From a virus (lineage: Duplodnaviria > Caudoviricetes), in IMG/VR virus record IMGVR_UViG_3300010283_000006, positions 4,007 to 68,006 of that record: a stretch of DNA of 64,000 bases; one strand, 5' to 3'. The notes beneath the pieces are model-generated. The model did no database searches. It had not been told where the DNA came from and saw only the letters and a list, made by a program, of their open reading frames with translations. Below, in pieces: positions 47,919 through 56,334 of this stretch. Within the stretch, counting starts at the first letter, position 1. The number at the start of each line of letters is the position of its first letter. Position numbers and translations under genes: made by a program.

Positions 47919-48725
47919 ATGGCAGAAACAATTCCTAAGTTAATAACTGATGTGGAAAAATACTTCCAGTACGAAGGCTCTGCTAATCCAACTACACAAG
48001 ATGAATTGCAAGCTTTTATGAAGAACGAGCATAGTGTAGTAGCTTGTTTGACTAAAAAGTTATGGCAACCTGAAACCAACTATACACAAGGGCAGATTGT
48101 TGAAAGTCCAAATATGCCAGTTGGTTTTTATGCGGTTGCTTTAGTTAATGGTACATCTTATAGTAATGAGCCTGACTGGGGTAATGGTAGTACCGATATT
48201 TCTGATGGTAGTATGAAGTGGTATATGACTAAAGGTAATATTACAGTTAATGGTGTAAAGCCTGATGATAGCGGTAATATACAGATTGATAATATTGCTC
48301 ATGCGAATAATGCAGATAATGCTACTAAAGCTACAAACGATAGTAAGGGACAAAATATTACTGGTTACGTAAAAAAAATTGGGGGCAATAACAGTAGTTT
48401 AGTTATTACTGATGGTAATGGCAATGAAAGTACAATTAATATTGCTACTGACGCTAACCCTTTTACTAAAAATATTAATGTGACAGCAAGTACGCAGGAA
48501 ACTATAAAGCCTACTATGAGTGTATCAGTATCAACCAATCGTAGTACCAGCGTGGGTGTTAGTATTAGTAATACAATAGATACAATTACTGGTTTGAAAG
48601 CTGGAACTTATACATTACAAACACTCTTGCAGAATTTAGTAAATCAAAGTCATAAACACAGTAAAATTAACATAAGCGCATCGGATTCAGACGGTAATTG
48701 CGATTGTTGTGGCTCTGATTCTTAA
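47919..48725 (+). CDS. Tail fibre protein with switchable C-terminal tip (variant A expressed in this orientation)
   Basis: LWQPETNYTQG and TVNGVKPDDSGNI fibre motifs; ends SHKH...NCDCCGSDS; crosses inverted repeat at 48484-48497. Confidence 0.8.
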   Translation: MAETIPKLITDVEKYFQYEGSANPTTQDELQAFMKNEHSVVACLTKKLWQPETNYTQGQIVESPNMPVGFYAVALVNGTSYSNEPDWGNGSTDISDGSMKWYMTKGNITVNGVKPDDSGNIQIDNIAHANNADNATKATNDSKGQNITGYVKKIGGNNSSLVITDGNGNESTINIATDANPFTKNINVTASTQETIKPTMSVSVSTNRSTSVGVSISNTIDTITGLKAGTYTLQTLLQNLVNQSHKHSKINISASDSDGNCDCCGSDS

Positions 48726-48978
48726 CTATCAGAATCACCTGCACAGCAATTACAGTTTTTATAACTATTATAATGATATGTTGTATGCGTGTGAGATTTA
48801 TCAACCAGTTGTTGTAAAAGATTTTTAAGTGTGTAAGTTCCACCGCTTAAACCTGTATTTGTTCTAAACTGTACGTACCCTGTATAAGTATCGCCTTTAC
48901 CAACATCTTCGTTAATATCGTAAACATTACAACTAGCTTCACTACTGCTGATAGTTCTATATCTCTGCGTACTTGCTG
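48484..48978. mobile_element. Putative 495-bp invertible DNA cassette bounded by 14-bp inverted repeats CAGCAAGTACGCAG
   Basis: IR at 48484-48497 (+) and 48965-48978 (-); inversion keeps frame (ASTQ) and joins an 80-aa paralogous tip. Confidence 0.85.
48722..48964 (-). CDS. Silent alternative C-terminus (variant B) of the tail fibre; no start codon
   Basis: RYRTISSSEASCNVYDINEDVGKGDTYTGYVQFRTNTGLSGGTYTLKNLLQQLVDKSHTHTTYHYNSYKNCNCCAGDSDS*. Confidence 0.85.
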   Translation of the reverse strand, partial: RYRTISSSEASCNVYDINEDVGKGDTYTGYVQFRTNTGLSGGTYTLKNLLQQLVDKSHTHTTYHYNSYKNCNCCAGDSDS

Positions 48979-49004
48979 GTTTAAAATAAAGAAGGTGATA
49001 ATAA

Positions 49005-49895
49005 TTGATAGAACTTAGCCGTGTTTGTATTCCATTAGGGTTAGATTGTAACTTTAAATGTAGATATTGTTATCGTGATTTTTGTCGCAAACAAATACCA
49101 ACTAAATTATCTAATTGTGTAAAAGAATATTTAAAACAGCTTACACCTGATAAAACAGAAAGCGTGTGTATGTCAGGTGGCGAACCTTTAATTTATTGGA
49201 ATACTATTAAAGAAATATATAGTTATCTTCCTAAAGATATTCACTTGAAAATAATGACTAACGGAAGTTTATTAACGCAAGAAATTATAGATTTTGTTAA
49301 CCAAAATAATGCTGAAATTTTCTTTAGTCACGATGGTATTCAAACAAAGTATCTTAGAGGGATAGATGTACTAGAGGATAAAAATAAACTACAATTAATT
49401 AAACAAGTTAAAAATTTAGTTGTTGCTAGTGTAATCACTAATCGTAATGAAGATTTAGTAAAAAATTATCAATATATCAGTGAAAAGTTACAAAGAGAAG
49501 ATTTTGTATATAGATTTACCAATTTAATGGATACTGGTTATGTAGATGATTTGATAAAGGGATTTAACTATGATGTATTTGCTAGGAGTTATAGAGAATA
49601 TACTGAAAACTATAAAACAGAAGTTCCTTATTACAATAGAATAGAGCGTAATAAAAAGTATAATATGGGTGGCTTTAATGTGGATTTAGATGGTAATGTT
49701 ATAGGTATGAATACATTAAAGAAGTATGGCACGATATACAATACATATGAGGAATGTTATCAAAAAATGTTAGAGGTAGAGAATTTATATTGTACTAAAG
49801 TTAATTGTCCTTTAATTTTTAATTGCCAAACAGTTAAACAAGGTGTAAGTGAACATACTTGTAAATGTGTGAAAGCTATGAATGGAGTTTTATGA
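49005..49895 (+). CDS. Radical SAM protein 1 (reduced SPASM)
   Basis: CNFKCRYC, SGGEP, IMTNG; C-terminal Cys cluster; TTG start after AAGGTG. Confidence 0.85.
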   Translation: MIELSRVCIPLGLDCNFKCRYCYRDFCRKQIPTKLSNCVKEYLKQLTPDKTESVCMSGGEPLIYWNTIKEIYSYLPKDIHLKIMTNGSLLTQEIIDFVNQNNAEIFFSHDGIQTKYLRGIDVLEDKNKLQLIKQVKNLVVASVITNRNEDLVKNYQYISEKLQREDFVYRFTNLMDTGYVDDLIKGFNYDVFARSYREYTENYKTEVPYYNRIERNKKYNMGGFNVDLDGNVIGMNTLKKYGTIYNTYEECYQKMLEVENLYCTKVNCPLIFNCQTVKQGVSEHTCKCVKAMNGVL

Positions 49896-50959
49896 TGAGT
49901 ATAGATAGAAAATACGATATATTAAATGTTAAAACCATATATCTTATGATGGGATTTAATTGTAATTTTAGATGTAGACATTGTATACAGGATAGTTGCA
50001 ATACATCTATACAAAAAAATAATATTAGCAAAGATGTAATAGATTACTTAAATCGGCTAATAAATATTAGACCAACAAGCTATGATAAAATTACTATAAT
50101 GTTTTGGGGTGGAGAACCATTAATTTATTGGAATACTATTAAAGATGTAATTGATATTTTTCATGATAAATTCAGTTATTCTATGGTAACTAATGGCAGT
50201 TTACTTACGCAAGATAAGGTTGATTATATTAATAAATATCAAATAAAAGTGGCACTGTCTTATGACGGGAAGAACACTGATAAAGTTCGTATGGTAAATG
50301 TATTACAAGATAAGGATAAGTTAGAATTATTTAAGCAGATAAAAAATAAAAGCATCTGTGCAGTAAGTTCTGCTTATAATTATGATTATCAAGAATTATA
50401 CAATCATATAGATGAATTAATTGATACGGAAATTCCAGTAGGTATTGAACAATTTAGAGTAACTTGGGATATGCCAAAAGATTTATATGATATTGATTTA
50501 GTAGAATATCGAGATAAATTACATGAGTTAGCTATACAAGCAAAAGAAGATATTTTAAACGTAAAATATAGTAGACCAGTTAGTTTTTTCTTAAAACACT
50601 TATGGGGATTATGTTATACAGATAAGATGTATAGTTTGAAATGCGGGCAAATGTATAATAAGTTAAATATTGACTTACAGGGAAATATATATTCTTGCCA
50701 TAACTTGTGTAATCCTATCGGTACTGTGCGTGATGATAGGGTTAGTTTGGTTAATAAACAGGATAGATGGGTAAGTGATAATTTACCTACTAACTGTAAA
50801 AACTGTAAATATTACATTGTATGTAATGGTGGTTGTCCAAATGAATTAATTAAAGATGGTGAGCGCATTTCTTGTAAGATTAATAAGGTAATATTTGATG
50901 AAGTGTTTTGGTTGGCTAATGAATTAGAGAATAGTTTTATGTGTGTAGATTTGGGGTGA
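49892..50959 (+). CDS. Radical SAM/SPASM protein 2
   Basis: CNFRCRHC, WGGEP, VTNG, SYDG; SPASM CGQ...GNIYSCH...CKNC...CNGGCP...C. Confidence 0.9.
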   Translation: MMSIDRKYDILNVKTIYLMMGFNCNFRCRHCIQDSCNTSIQKNNISKDVIDYLNRLINIRPTSYDKITIMFWGGEPLIYWNTIKDVIDIFHDKFSYSMVTNGSLLTQDKVDYINKYQIKVALSYDGKNTDKVRMVNVLQDKDKLELFKQIKNKSICAVSSAYNYDYQELYNHIDELIDTEIPVGIEQFRVTWDMPKDLYDIDLVEYRDKLHELAIQAKEDILNVKYSRPVSFFLKHLWGLCYTDKMYSLKCGQMYNKLNIDLQGNIYSCHNLCNPIGTVRDDRVSLVNKQDRWVSDNLPTNCKNCKYYIVCNGGCPNELIKDGERISCKINKVIFDEVFWLANELENSFMCVDLG

Positions 50960-50963
50960 TATT

Positions 50964-51722
50964 TTGAAAGTTAAGATTATTCATAAAGAGTATATAGAAA
51001 ACAAAAGTTATGATGAAGAAGGCAATGAACTAAAGAACGAACAACAAGAAGAATATAAATCTCCATATGAAATTACTTTAGATGGCGATATTCTTAATAT
51101 TAAAGTATCTACTAAATATCATAATAAAGATGTAGAATTTTCTACTCAATTTGATTTATCCAATCAAGATGATAAATTGCTAGAAGTTTTGCTTAGAGAT
51201 AGTATGAATGGAACAGAGCTTAGCTGTTATGAAATTTTTAAATTTGTAGATACTATCACTGGAACAAGAAATTATTCTTACAATGGCGATAAGATTTGTA
51301 GAGTGCTTATTGATAAGGAAAATAATACTTGCTGGATATATTTGTTTTTACGTACTAAAGATATTAATGGTTTTAAAAATGTATTACAGAAAACAAATAT
51401 ATCTACAACTGGTATGTTACAATCCGTATGTCCTTGGTTTAAACAGCGTTGTGTAGACATTGAACGAAAAAGAAAGCTTATTAATGAAGTAGATATTTAT
51501 AAATCTATTGCTTATCTTGAAGCACAGGTAGATTTATTAACAAGGTTGGTTATTCAATATGCACCTAAATCAAAATTAGTAGAGTTATTGGAGATTGCGG
51601 ATAAATATTCTGTTTTAAATAACAAGCCTGACGAAGATATAAAAAATGAGTTTGAAGTAAGTAAAGCTGATTTTAGAAAGAAACAGGAAGATTACTATGA
51701 GCGAGTGCAAAAAACCTTATAA
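50964..51722 (+). CDS. Hypothetical protein within the radical SAM cluster
   Basis: Coupled ORF; C-terminal coiled-coil. Confidence 0.6.
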   Translation: MKVKIIHKEYIENKSYDEEGNELKNEQQEEYKSPYEITLDGDILNIKVSTKYHNKDVEFSTQFDLSNQDDKLLEVLLRDSMNGTELSCYEIFKFVDTITGTRNYSYNGDKICRVLIDKENNTCWIYLFLRTKDINGFKNVLQKTNISTTGMLQSVCPWFKQRCVDIERKRKLINEVDIYKSIAYLEAQVDLLTRLVIQYAPKSKLVELLEIADKYSVLNNKPDEDIKNEFEVSKADFRKKQEDYYERVQKTL

Positions 51723-52713
51723 ATCGCTGGTGTTAAAATTAGGTGGACAATGTAATTTAAACTGCAAATATTGTCACTGTAAGCGTGTAGATTTTAAATT
51801 CAATCCCGATATATATAAATATATAGAGGATAATGGATATAATCATATTGTATTTAGTGGCGGTGAGCCGCTGTTATATTGGAATATTATTAAAGAAGTT
51901 ATAGAGCATTTTGGCGATAGTATTAGGTATAGGCTTGTTAGTAATGGGAATTTACTTAACAAGGAAATAGTAGATTTTCTCAATGAATATGATGTTTATT
52001 ATTGCGTATCTTATGATGGTAAAAATAATTTTAGCCGTGATATAAATAGTGCTATTCGATGGAGAGAATTTGCTAAAATTAACAATATCGGATTTGCCAC
52101 GTTGTATAGTTATAGTAATGAGGATATTAATAAATTACTGCAAGATATAGAAAGCGAAATCAATCGTTATCACTTAAATATAAATATTGGCACAAGGCAT
52201 ATTAATTTCCCGCATTCTACAAATATTAACAAGAATGATATGATTGATAGAGAGTTGGCAAAGAAGTATTGTATGATTATATGTAGGTTTTTGGAATTAG
52301 ATTTTATTAAGCTAAAATCTATAAACGATTATAAACAAGTTAATTGGTTTAAAGATTTTCCAGTTATAAAGAAATGTTTTGAGAGGTATATAAAAAAACA
52401 AGAAATCCGTGGAGTTAAATGTTGTAATGAGAATATTACTCCAATGACTATCGAAGGGAAGTTTTTATTATGTCCTTATGATGAACAGTATGTTGGTGAT
52501 ATTTATACTGGTATTGACTGGGATAAAGTTGAAAGTTATATTCCTGATAGATGTAAAGGTTGCCCGCAATGGAAATCTTGTATGAATACTTGCATCGCAA
52601 ATGTTACGGATAATGAGTGCTATATTAGTAAAGTAATATATAAGCATTTTTACAAACTCATGGATAAATACAATTATGATTATAATTTTATGAATGAACA
52701 TATTACGAGGTGA
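51697..52713 (+). CDS. Radical SAM/SPASM protein 3
   Basis: CNLNCKYC, SGGEP, VSNG, SYDG; KCC...LLCPY...CKGC...CMNTC...C. Confidence 0.88.
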   Translation: MSECKKPYKSLVLKLGGQCNLNCKYCHCKRVDFKFNPDIYKYIEDNGYNHIVFSGGEPLLYWNIIKEVIEHFGDSIRYRLVSNGNLLNKEIVDFLNEYDVYYCVSYDGKNNFSRDINSAIRWREFAKINNIGFATLYSYSNEDINKLLQDIESEINRYHLNINIGTRHINFPHSTNINKNDMIDRELAKKYCMIICRFLELDFIKLKSINDYKQVNWFKDFPVIKKCFERYIKKQEIRGVKCCNENITPMTIEGKFLLCPYDEQYVGDIYTGIDWDKVESYIPDRCKGCPQWKSCMNTCIANVTDNECYISKVIYKHFYKLMDKYNYDYNFMNEHITR

Positions 52714-52717
52714 TAAG

Positions 52718-53170
52718 ATGGAATTTGAATATGCTATTAAATTAGCTTTAGGCATTACTGCTTTAGAAGATATTCCTATTATGTTTAGGGATAAAGCTAG
52801 TGATTTACAGAATACAGAAGAATTACTGGAGTACGTTCGCAGTAAACAATGGGAAGAAATTAAGGTGAATAGAGATAATGCAGAAACAAGTGGGTTGCCG
52901 TTTAAAGATAAAATTCTTGATTATGATATGCGTAGTGCTTTTAAACTAGATATTGCTATGGAAACAGCTAAACAAGTTGGGGAAGGTTTTTCTATTGATT
53001 GGACTATGCAGGATAATACAGTAATGACTTTAACTTATTCTGATTTGTTATCTATTCCGTTAATTGCGGCTAATTATTCTAATGAATTACATAAGAAAGC
53101 TAGAATTTATCGTGATAAGATTTATAATGAAACAGATATTAAAGCTATTGCTAAAATCAAATGGGAGTAG
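52718..53170 (+). CDS. DUF4376-like protein, copy 2
   Basis: LDYDMRSAFKL...IDWTMQDN...LTYSDL; paralog of 47507-47893. Confidence 0.7.
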   Translation: MEFEYAIKLALGITALEDIPIMFRDKASDLQNTEELLEYVRSKQWEEIKVNRDNAETSGLPFKDKILDYDMRSAFKLDIAMETAKQVGEGFSIDWTMQDNTVMTLTYSDLLSIPLIAANYSNELHKKARIYRDKIYNETDIKAIAKIKWE

Positions 53171-53173
53171 ACA

Positions 53174-54175
53174 ATGGATAGGTTATTACAGGTTCATCTT
53201 AGCGAAAAATGTAATTTAAAATGTAAGCATTGTTATCAAGAAGGGAAAGATTGTAAGTCTTTTATAGATTTGCAGTCTTTTTCTGTTTTATTAGACCAGT
53301 TCAAAGAGCTAACTGACTATACTAAATGTGATAAAATGACTATGAACTTAACGGGTGGCGAACCATTGTTGTTTAAGAATATTTTAGATTATATTGATTT
53401 AGCACGAGCTAAAGGTGTTGGTAAAATTAGGTTACTTACAAATGGCTTATTATTAACTAGAGAATTATTACAACAGCTAAAAGATAGAGATATTGGTATT
53501 CAAGTATCTATTGAAGGAACAAGAGAATGTAATGATTTTATTCGTGGTAAAGGTTCATTTGATAAAATTTTAAAAAGCATTTCTTTAGCTAAGTCTATGG
53601 ATATAGATATATTAGTATCTTACACTCTTAATGGTTGGAATTGTGAATTTGTATCTGATACAATAGATGAAGTTTATAGAGCTGGTGCTAAAGGAATATG
53701 GTTTGATAGAGTTATTCCATTTAATAATAATATTCCAATTATGACAGAAGAACAGTTTATATATACGATGCAAACTATTAGAGATAAGAAAGAACAATAT
53801 AAAGATAGTAATTTTAATGTTCAACTACAAAGAGCTATGCAATTTTTCTTTAATGATTGTAGCAGTTGCTATCGTTGTAGTGCTATTAATAGAGCTTTTA
53901 CTGTTCTATCTAATGGAGATATTCTTCCATGTAGACGTATGCCTATTTCACTTGGTAATTTTAAGTCAAGAACATTACTAGATATTTATAAAAGTAATAG
54001 TTGTCAAAAGTTAGGTGAGGCTATAAATAGTATTTCTGATGAATGTAATGGTTGTGAGTATATAAATTATTGCAAAGGTGGTTTAAGATGCTTAACTTAC
54101 GCTTTGCATGGCACTTTCAACAAAGGAGATGTACATTGTCCGGTTTTAGCTCTTAAACAATTAGAAAGTAGGTGA
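53174..54175 (+). CDS. Radical SAM/SPASM protein 4 (canonical SPASM)
   Basis: CNLKCKHC, TGGEP, LTNG; CSA...GDILPCRR...CNGC...CKGG.RC...C. Confidence 0.9.
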   Translation: MDRLLQVHLSEKCNLKCKHCYQEGKDCKSFIDLQSFSVLLDQFKELTDYTKCDKMTMNLTGGEPLLFKNILDYIDLARAKGVGKIRLLTNGLLLTRELLQQLKDRDIGIQVSIEGTRECNDFIRGKGSFDKILKSISLAKSMDIDILVSYTLNGWNCEFVSDTIDEVYRAGAKGIWFDRVIPFNNNIPIMTEEQFIYTMQTIRDKKEQYKDSNFNVQLQRAMQFFFNDCSSCYRCSAINRAFTVLSNGDILPCRRMPISLGNFKSRTLLDIYKSNSCQKLGEAINSISDECNGCEYINYCKGGLRCLTYALHGTFNKGDVHCPVLALKQLESR

Positions 54176-54507
54176 TAACCATAGCTATATTAGTACAAAT
54201 TGTAATAGGTGTATTAGTTGGCATATTGACAGCAGTAATTTTAAATTTTCGTGATGAATGGCAAAAAGAAAATCTCAATAAGAAAATTGAAGATGAAACT
54301 ATTAAACGTGCTATGAAAGAAATCTTAGGTAAATTTTTAGATGATATGTATAGTTATTATACTGATGTTGGCTTTATTCCATTAGACAAACTTCATCAAG
54401 CTAGACGCATTTATGACAGCTATCACGCATTAGGCGGTAATGGTACTGGAACAGCAGAGATTAATAAACTAGAGCTTTTACCGAATAGCAAGGAAGAAAT
54501 AAAATGA
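54172..54507 (+). CDS. Holin-like/lysis-associated membrane protein
   Basis: One N-terminal TM; YHALGGNG motif common in lysis cassettes. Confidence 0.55.
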   Translation: MITIAILVQIVIGVLVGILTAVILNFRDEWQKENLNKKIEDETIKRAMKEILGKFLDDMYSYYTDVGFIPLDKLHQARRIYDSYHALGGNGTGTAEINKLELLPNSKEEIK

Positions 54508-54845
54508 AAGATAAAATCTTATCATTCATCGGTAAGCTAACTAATAAGCTAAAAGTAAGTACAAAAAGAAATCGTAAAATCAGACTTGATATAATCAAAT
54601 TTATTGTTGGTTATATCATTTTTGTTTTTACACTCTTTTTGGTTGGTTGGTGTTTTCTATGGTATGTTAAAGGTTTACCTGATTTGATGTTATTACTAGA
54701 GGGAATTAAAGCATTATCAGCACCAGCAGTATTAGCAGTAGTTAAGTTTATCTGTGATAGTACAATGAATTTTGTTGATAAAAATAACAATGGAATACCT
54801 GACGAATTAGAAGAAGGGAATAATAGATTGGAGCGTGATAAATAA
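54504..54845 (+). CDS. Holin
   Basis: Two TM segments, charged tail, directly before endolysin. Confidence 0.6.
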   Translation: MKDKILSFIGKLTNKLKVSTKRNRKIRLDIIKFIVGYIIFVFTLFLVGWCFLWYVKGLPDLMLLLEGIKALSAPAVLAVVKFICDSTMNFVDKNNNGIPDELEEGNNRLERDK

Positions 54846-55204
54846 TGAAATATTTTGATATGAGTGAGTTTAAATGTAAACATTGTCATTTATTACCTGA
54901 AAATGGTATGAATCCAATTTTGTTAGCTAATCTTGATAAATTACGTGAAATGTATGGTTATCCTATTATTGTTAGCTGTGGTTATCGTTGTCCTAATCAT
55001 AATCGTGAAGTTGGTGGCGTTTGGAATAGTCAGCACGTTTTAGGTAACGCCGCTGATATTTATGTAAATGGTGACTATCAAACTTTTTATAACTTAGTTG
55101 TACAGAGTAGATTATTTGATGGTGTTGGTTATTATCCGTATGACGAATTTGTTCATGTAGATGTACGTGATAATGGCAACAATCCTAACCTGTATATGTG
55201 GTAA
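54845..55204 (+). CDS. Endolysin, peptidase M15A
   Basis: SCGYRC..HN..VGG...SQHVLGNAADI...FVHVDVR Zn-peptidase motifs; no cell-wall-binding domain. Confidence 0.9.
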   Translation: MKYFDMSEFKCKHCHLLPENGMNPILLANLDKLREMYGYPIIVSCGYRCPNHNREVGGVWNSQHVLGNAADIYVNGDYQTFYNLVVQSRLFDGVGYYPYDEFVHVDVRDNGNNPNLYMW

Positions 55205-55206
55205 TC

Positions 55207-55770
55207 ATGTATGCAATATTTAGATATGTAGCTGTTGGAATGGTTGGCTTTGGGTTAGGTTGTAGCTATGTTTATACACGATTTGTGCCTAACCTTAAAA
55301 GTCAAATAGCAGTACAAGGCGATACAATCAGTGATTTAAGAAAGATTATTCGCTTTAGAGATATAGCTAAAAATGAGAATAAAACGGAAATTAAATATGT
55401 TGAAAAACAAGGAAAAGCTGATAGTGATGTAGAATTAACTGACAAAGAAAATATTGAAGTTAGAGTAAATAATAATAATTATCAATTACCCAATAATATC
55501 ACTGAAAGCAGTAAATTTGAGAATGGCAAATTGGTTATCGGTAGAGAAAACATTACTACTGTTGATTTGACTAATATAGTGAATGAACTGGCTGATGAAA
55601 AGGCTAAGGAATATAACCGAATTGGAAAATCCGATTTTGGTTGTATATATAATAGGAAGGAAAGTGATATTTACGCTGGAATTAGATATAATGCAAAGGC
55701 TTGGGACGCTGGATATTATCATAATGTCAATGGCTCTGATTGGCTGATTGGCGTACATTATAAGTTTTGA
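55207..55770 (+). CDS. Spanin-like lysis protein candidate
   Basis: N-terminal hydrophobic anchor, soluble middle, C-terminal amphipathic strands ending YKF; last gene of lysis unit. Confidence 0.5.
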   Translation: MYAIFRYVAVGMVGFGLGCSYVYTRFVPNLKSQIAVQGDTISDLRKIIRFRDIAKNENKTEIKYVEKQGKADSDVELTDKENIEVRVNNNNYQLPNNITESSKFENGKLVIGRENITTVDLTNIVNELADEKAKEYNRIGKSDFGCIYNRKESDIYAGIRYNAKAWDAGYYHNVNGSDWLIGVHYKF

Positions 55771-55775
55771 TTTTA

Positions 55776-55807
55776 GGCTTGTGGAGAAATCTGCAAGCCA
55801 TTTTTTT
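55776..55807 (+). terminator. Terminator ending the late operon
   Basis: GGCTTGTGGA-gaaa-TCTGCAAGCC plus T-run. Confidence 0.8.
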
Positions 55808-55831
55808 GTTTAAAAAATCATAAAATCCGTA

Positions 55832-55860
55832 TTGACATATCCGTAAATCTGTGTTAAAAT
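55832..55860 (+). promoter_or_regulatory. Sigma70/A-type promoter
   Basis: TTGACA-17-TAAAAT with TG extension. Confidence 0.8.
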
Positions 55861-55890
55861 AAATACATCGTTAAGAAAGGAGTGTAGCTT

Positions 55891-56322
55891 ATGAAAACGA
55901 GGTGGAAAACTGTAAGTGCTGTATTGGCTGTGTTGACAATCGTGTCAGCTTATCATGCAGAACAAAAAACAGTTATAGAAAGAGAAGTAGTTAGATATGA
56001 AAAACTATCTACTAAAACAGTACAATCGTTCACTGCTGAAGTAACAGCTTATACTGCTGGTTATGAGAGCTGTGGGAAATTACCTAACCATCCTGCATAT
56101 GGCATTACTGCAAATGGGAACAAAGTCAGAAAAGGAATTATAGCTGCTGATACTAATGTTCTACCATTTGGTACTAAAGTTTATATTGAAGATTTAGGTA
56201 TTTTCACAGTAGACGATACTGGCGGTGATATTAAAGGTAATCGTATTGATATTTATATGGACAACCTAAATGAAGCTGTAAAGTTCGGTAGACAAAACAG
56301 GAAATTAATTGTGTTGAATTAA
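55891..56322 (+). CDS. 3D (Asp-Asp-Asp) domain cell-wall protein with signal anchor
   Basis: TAYT...GITANG...IAAD..LPFGTKVYI...VDDTGG.IKGNRIDIY. Confidence 0.9.
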   Translation: MKTRWKTVSAVLAVLTIVSAYHAEQKTVIEREVVRYEKLSTKTVQSFTAEVTAYTAGYESCGKLPNHPAYGITANGNKVRKGIIAADTNVLPFGTKVYIEDLGIFTVDDTGGDIKGNRIDIYMDNLNEAVKFGRQNRKLIVLN

Positions 56323-56334
56323 GGAGTAGTTTTT

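Noticed and set aside
46436-48725. Diversity-generating retroelement acting on the fibre genes
   Set aside because: No reverse transcriptase and no adenine-variant template repeat seen in the window; the paralogous tip is inverted and differs at all base types.
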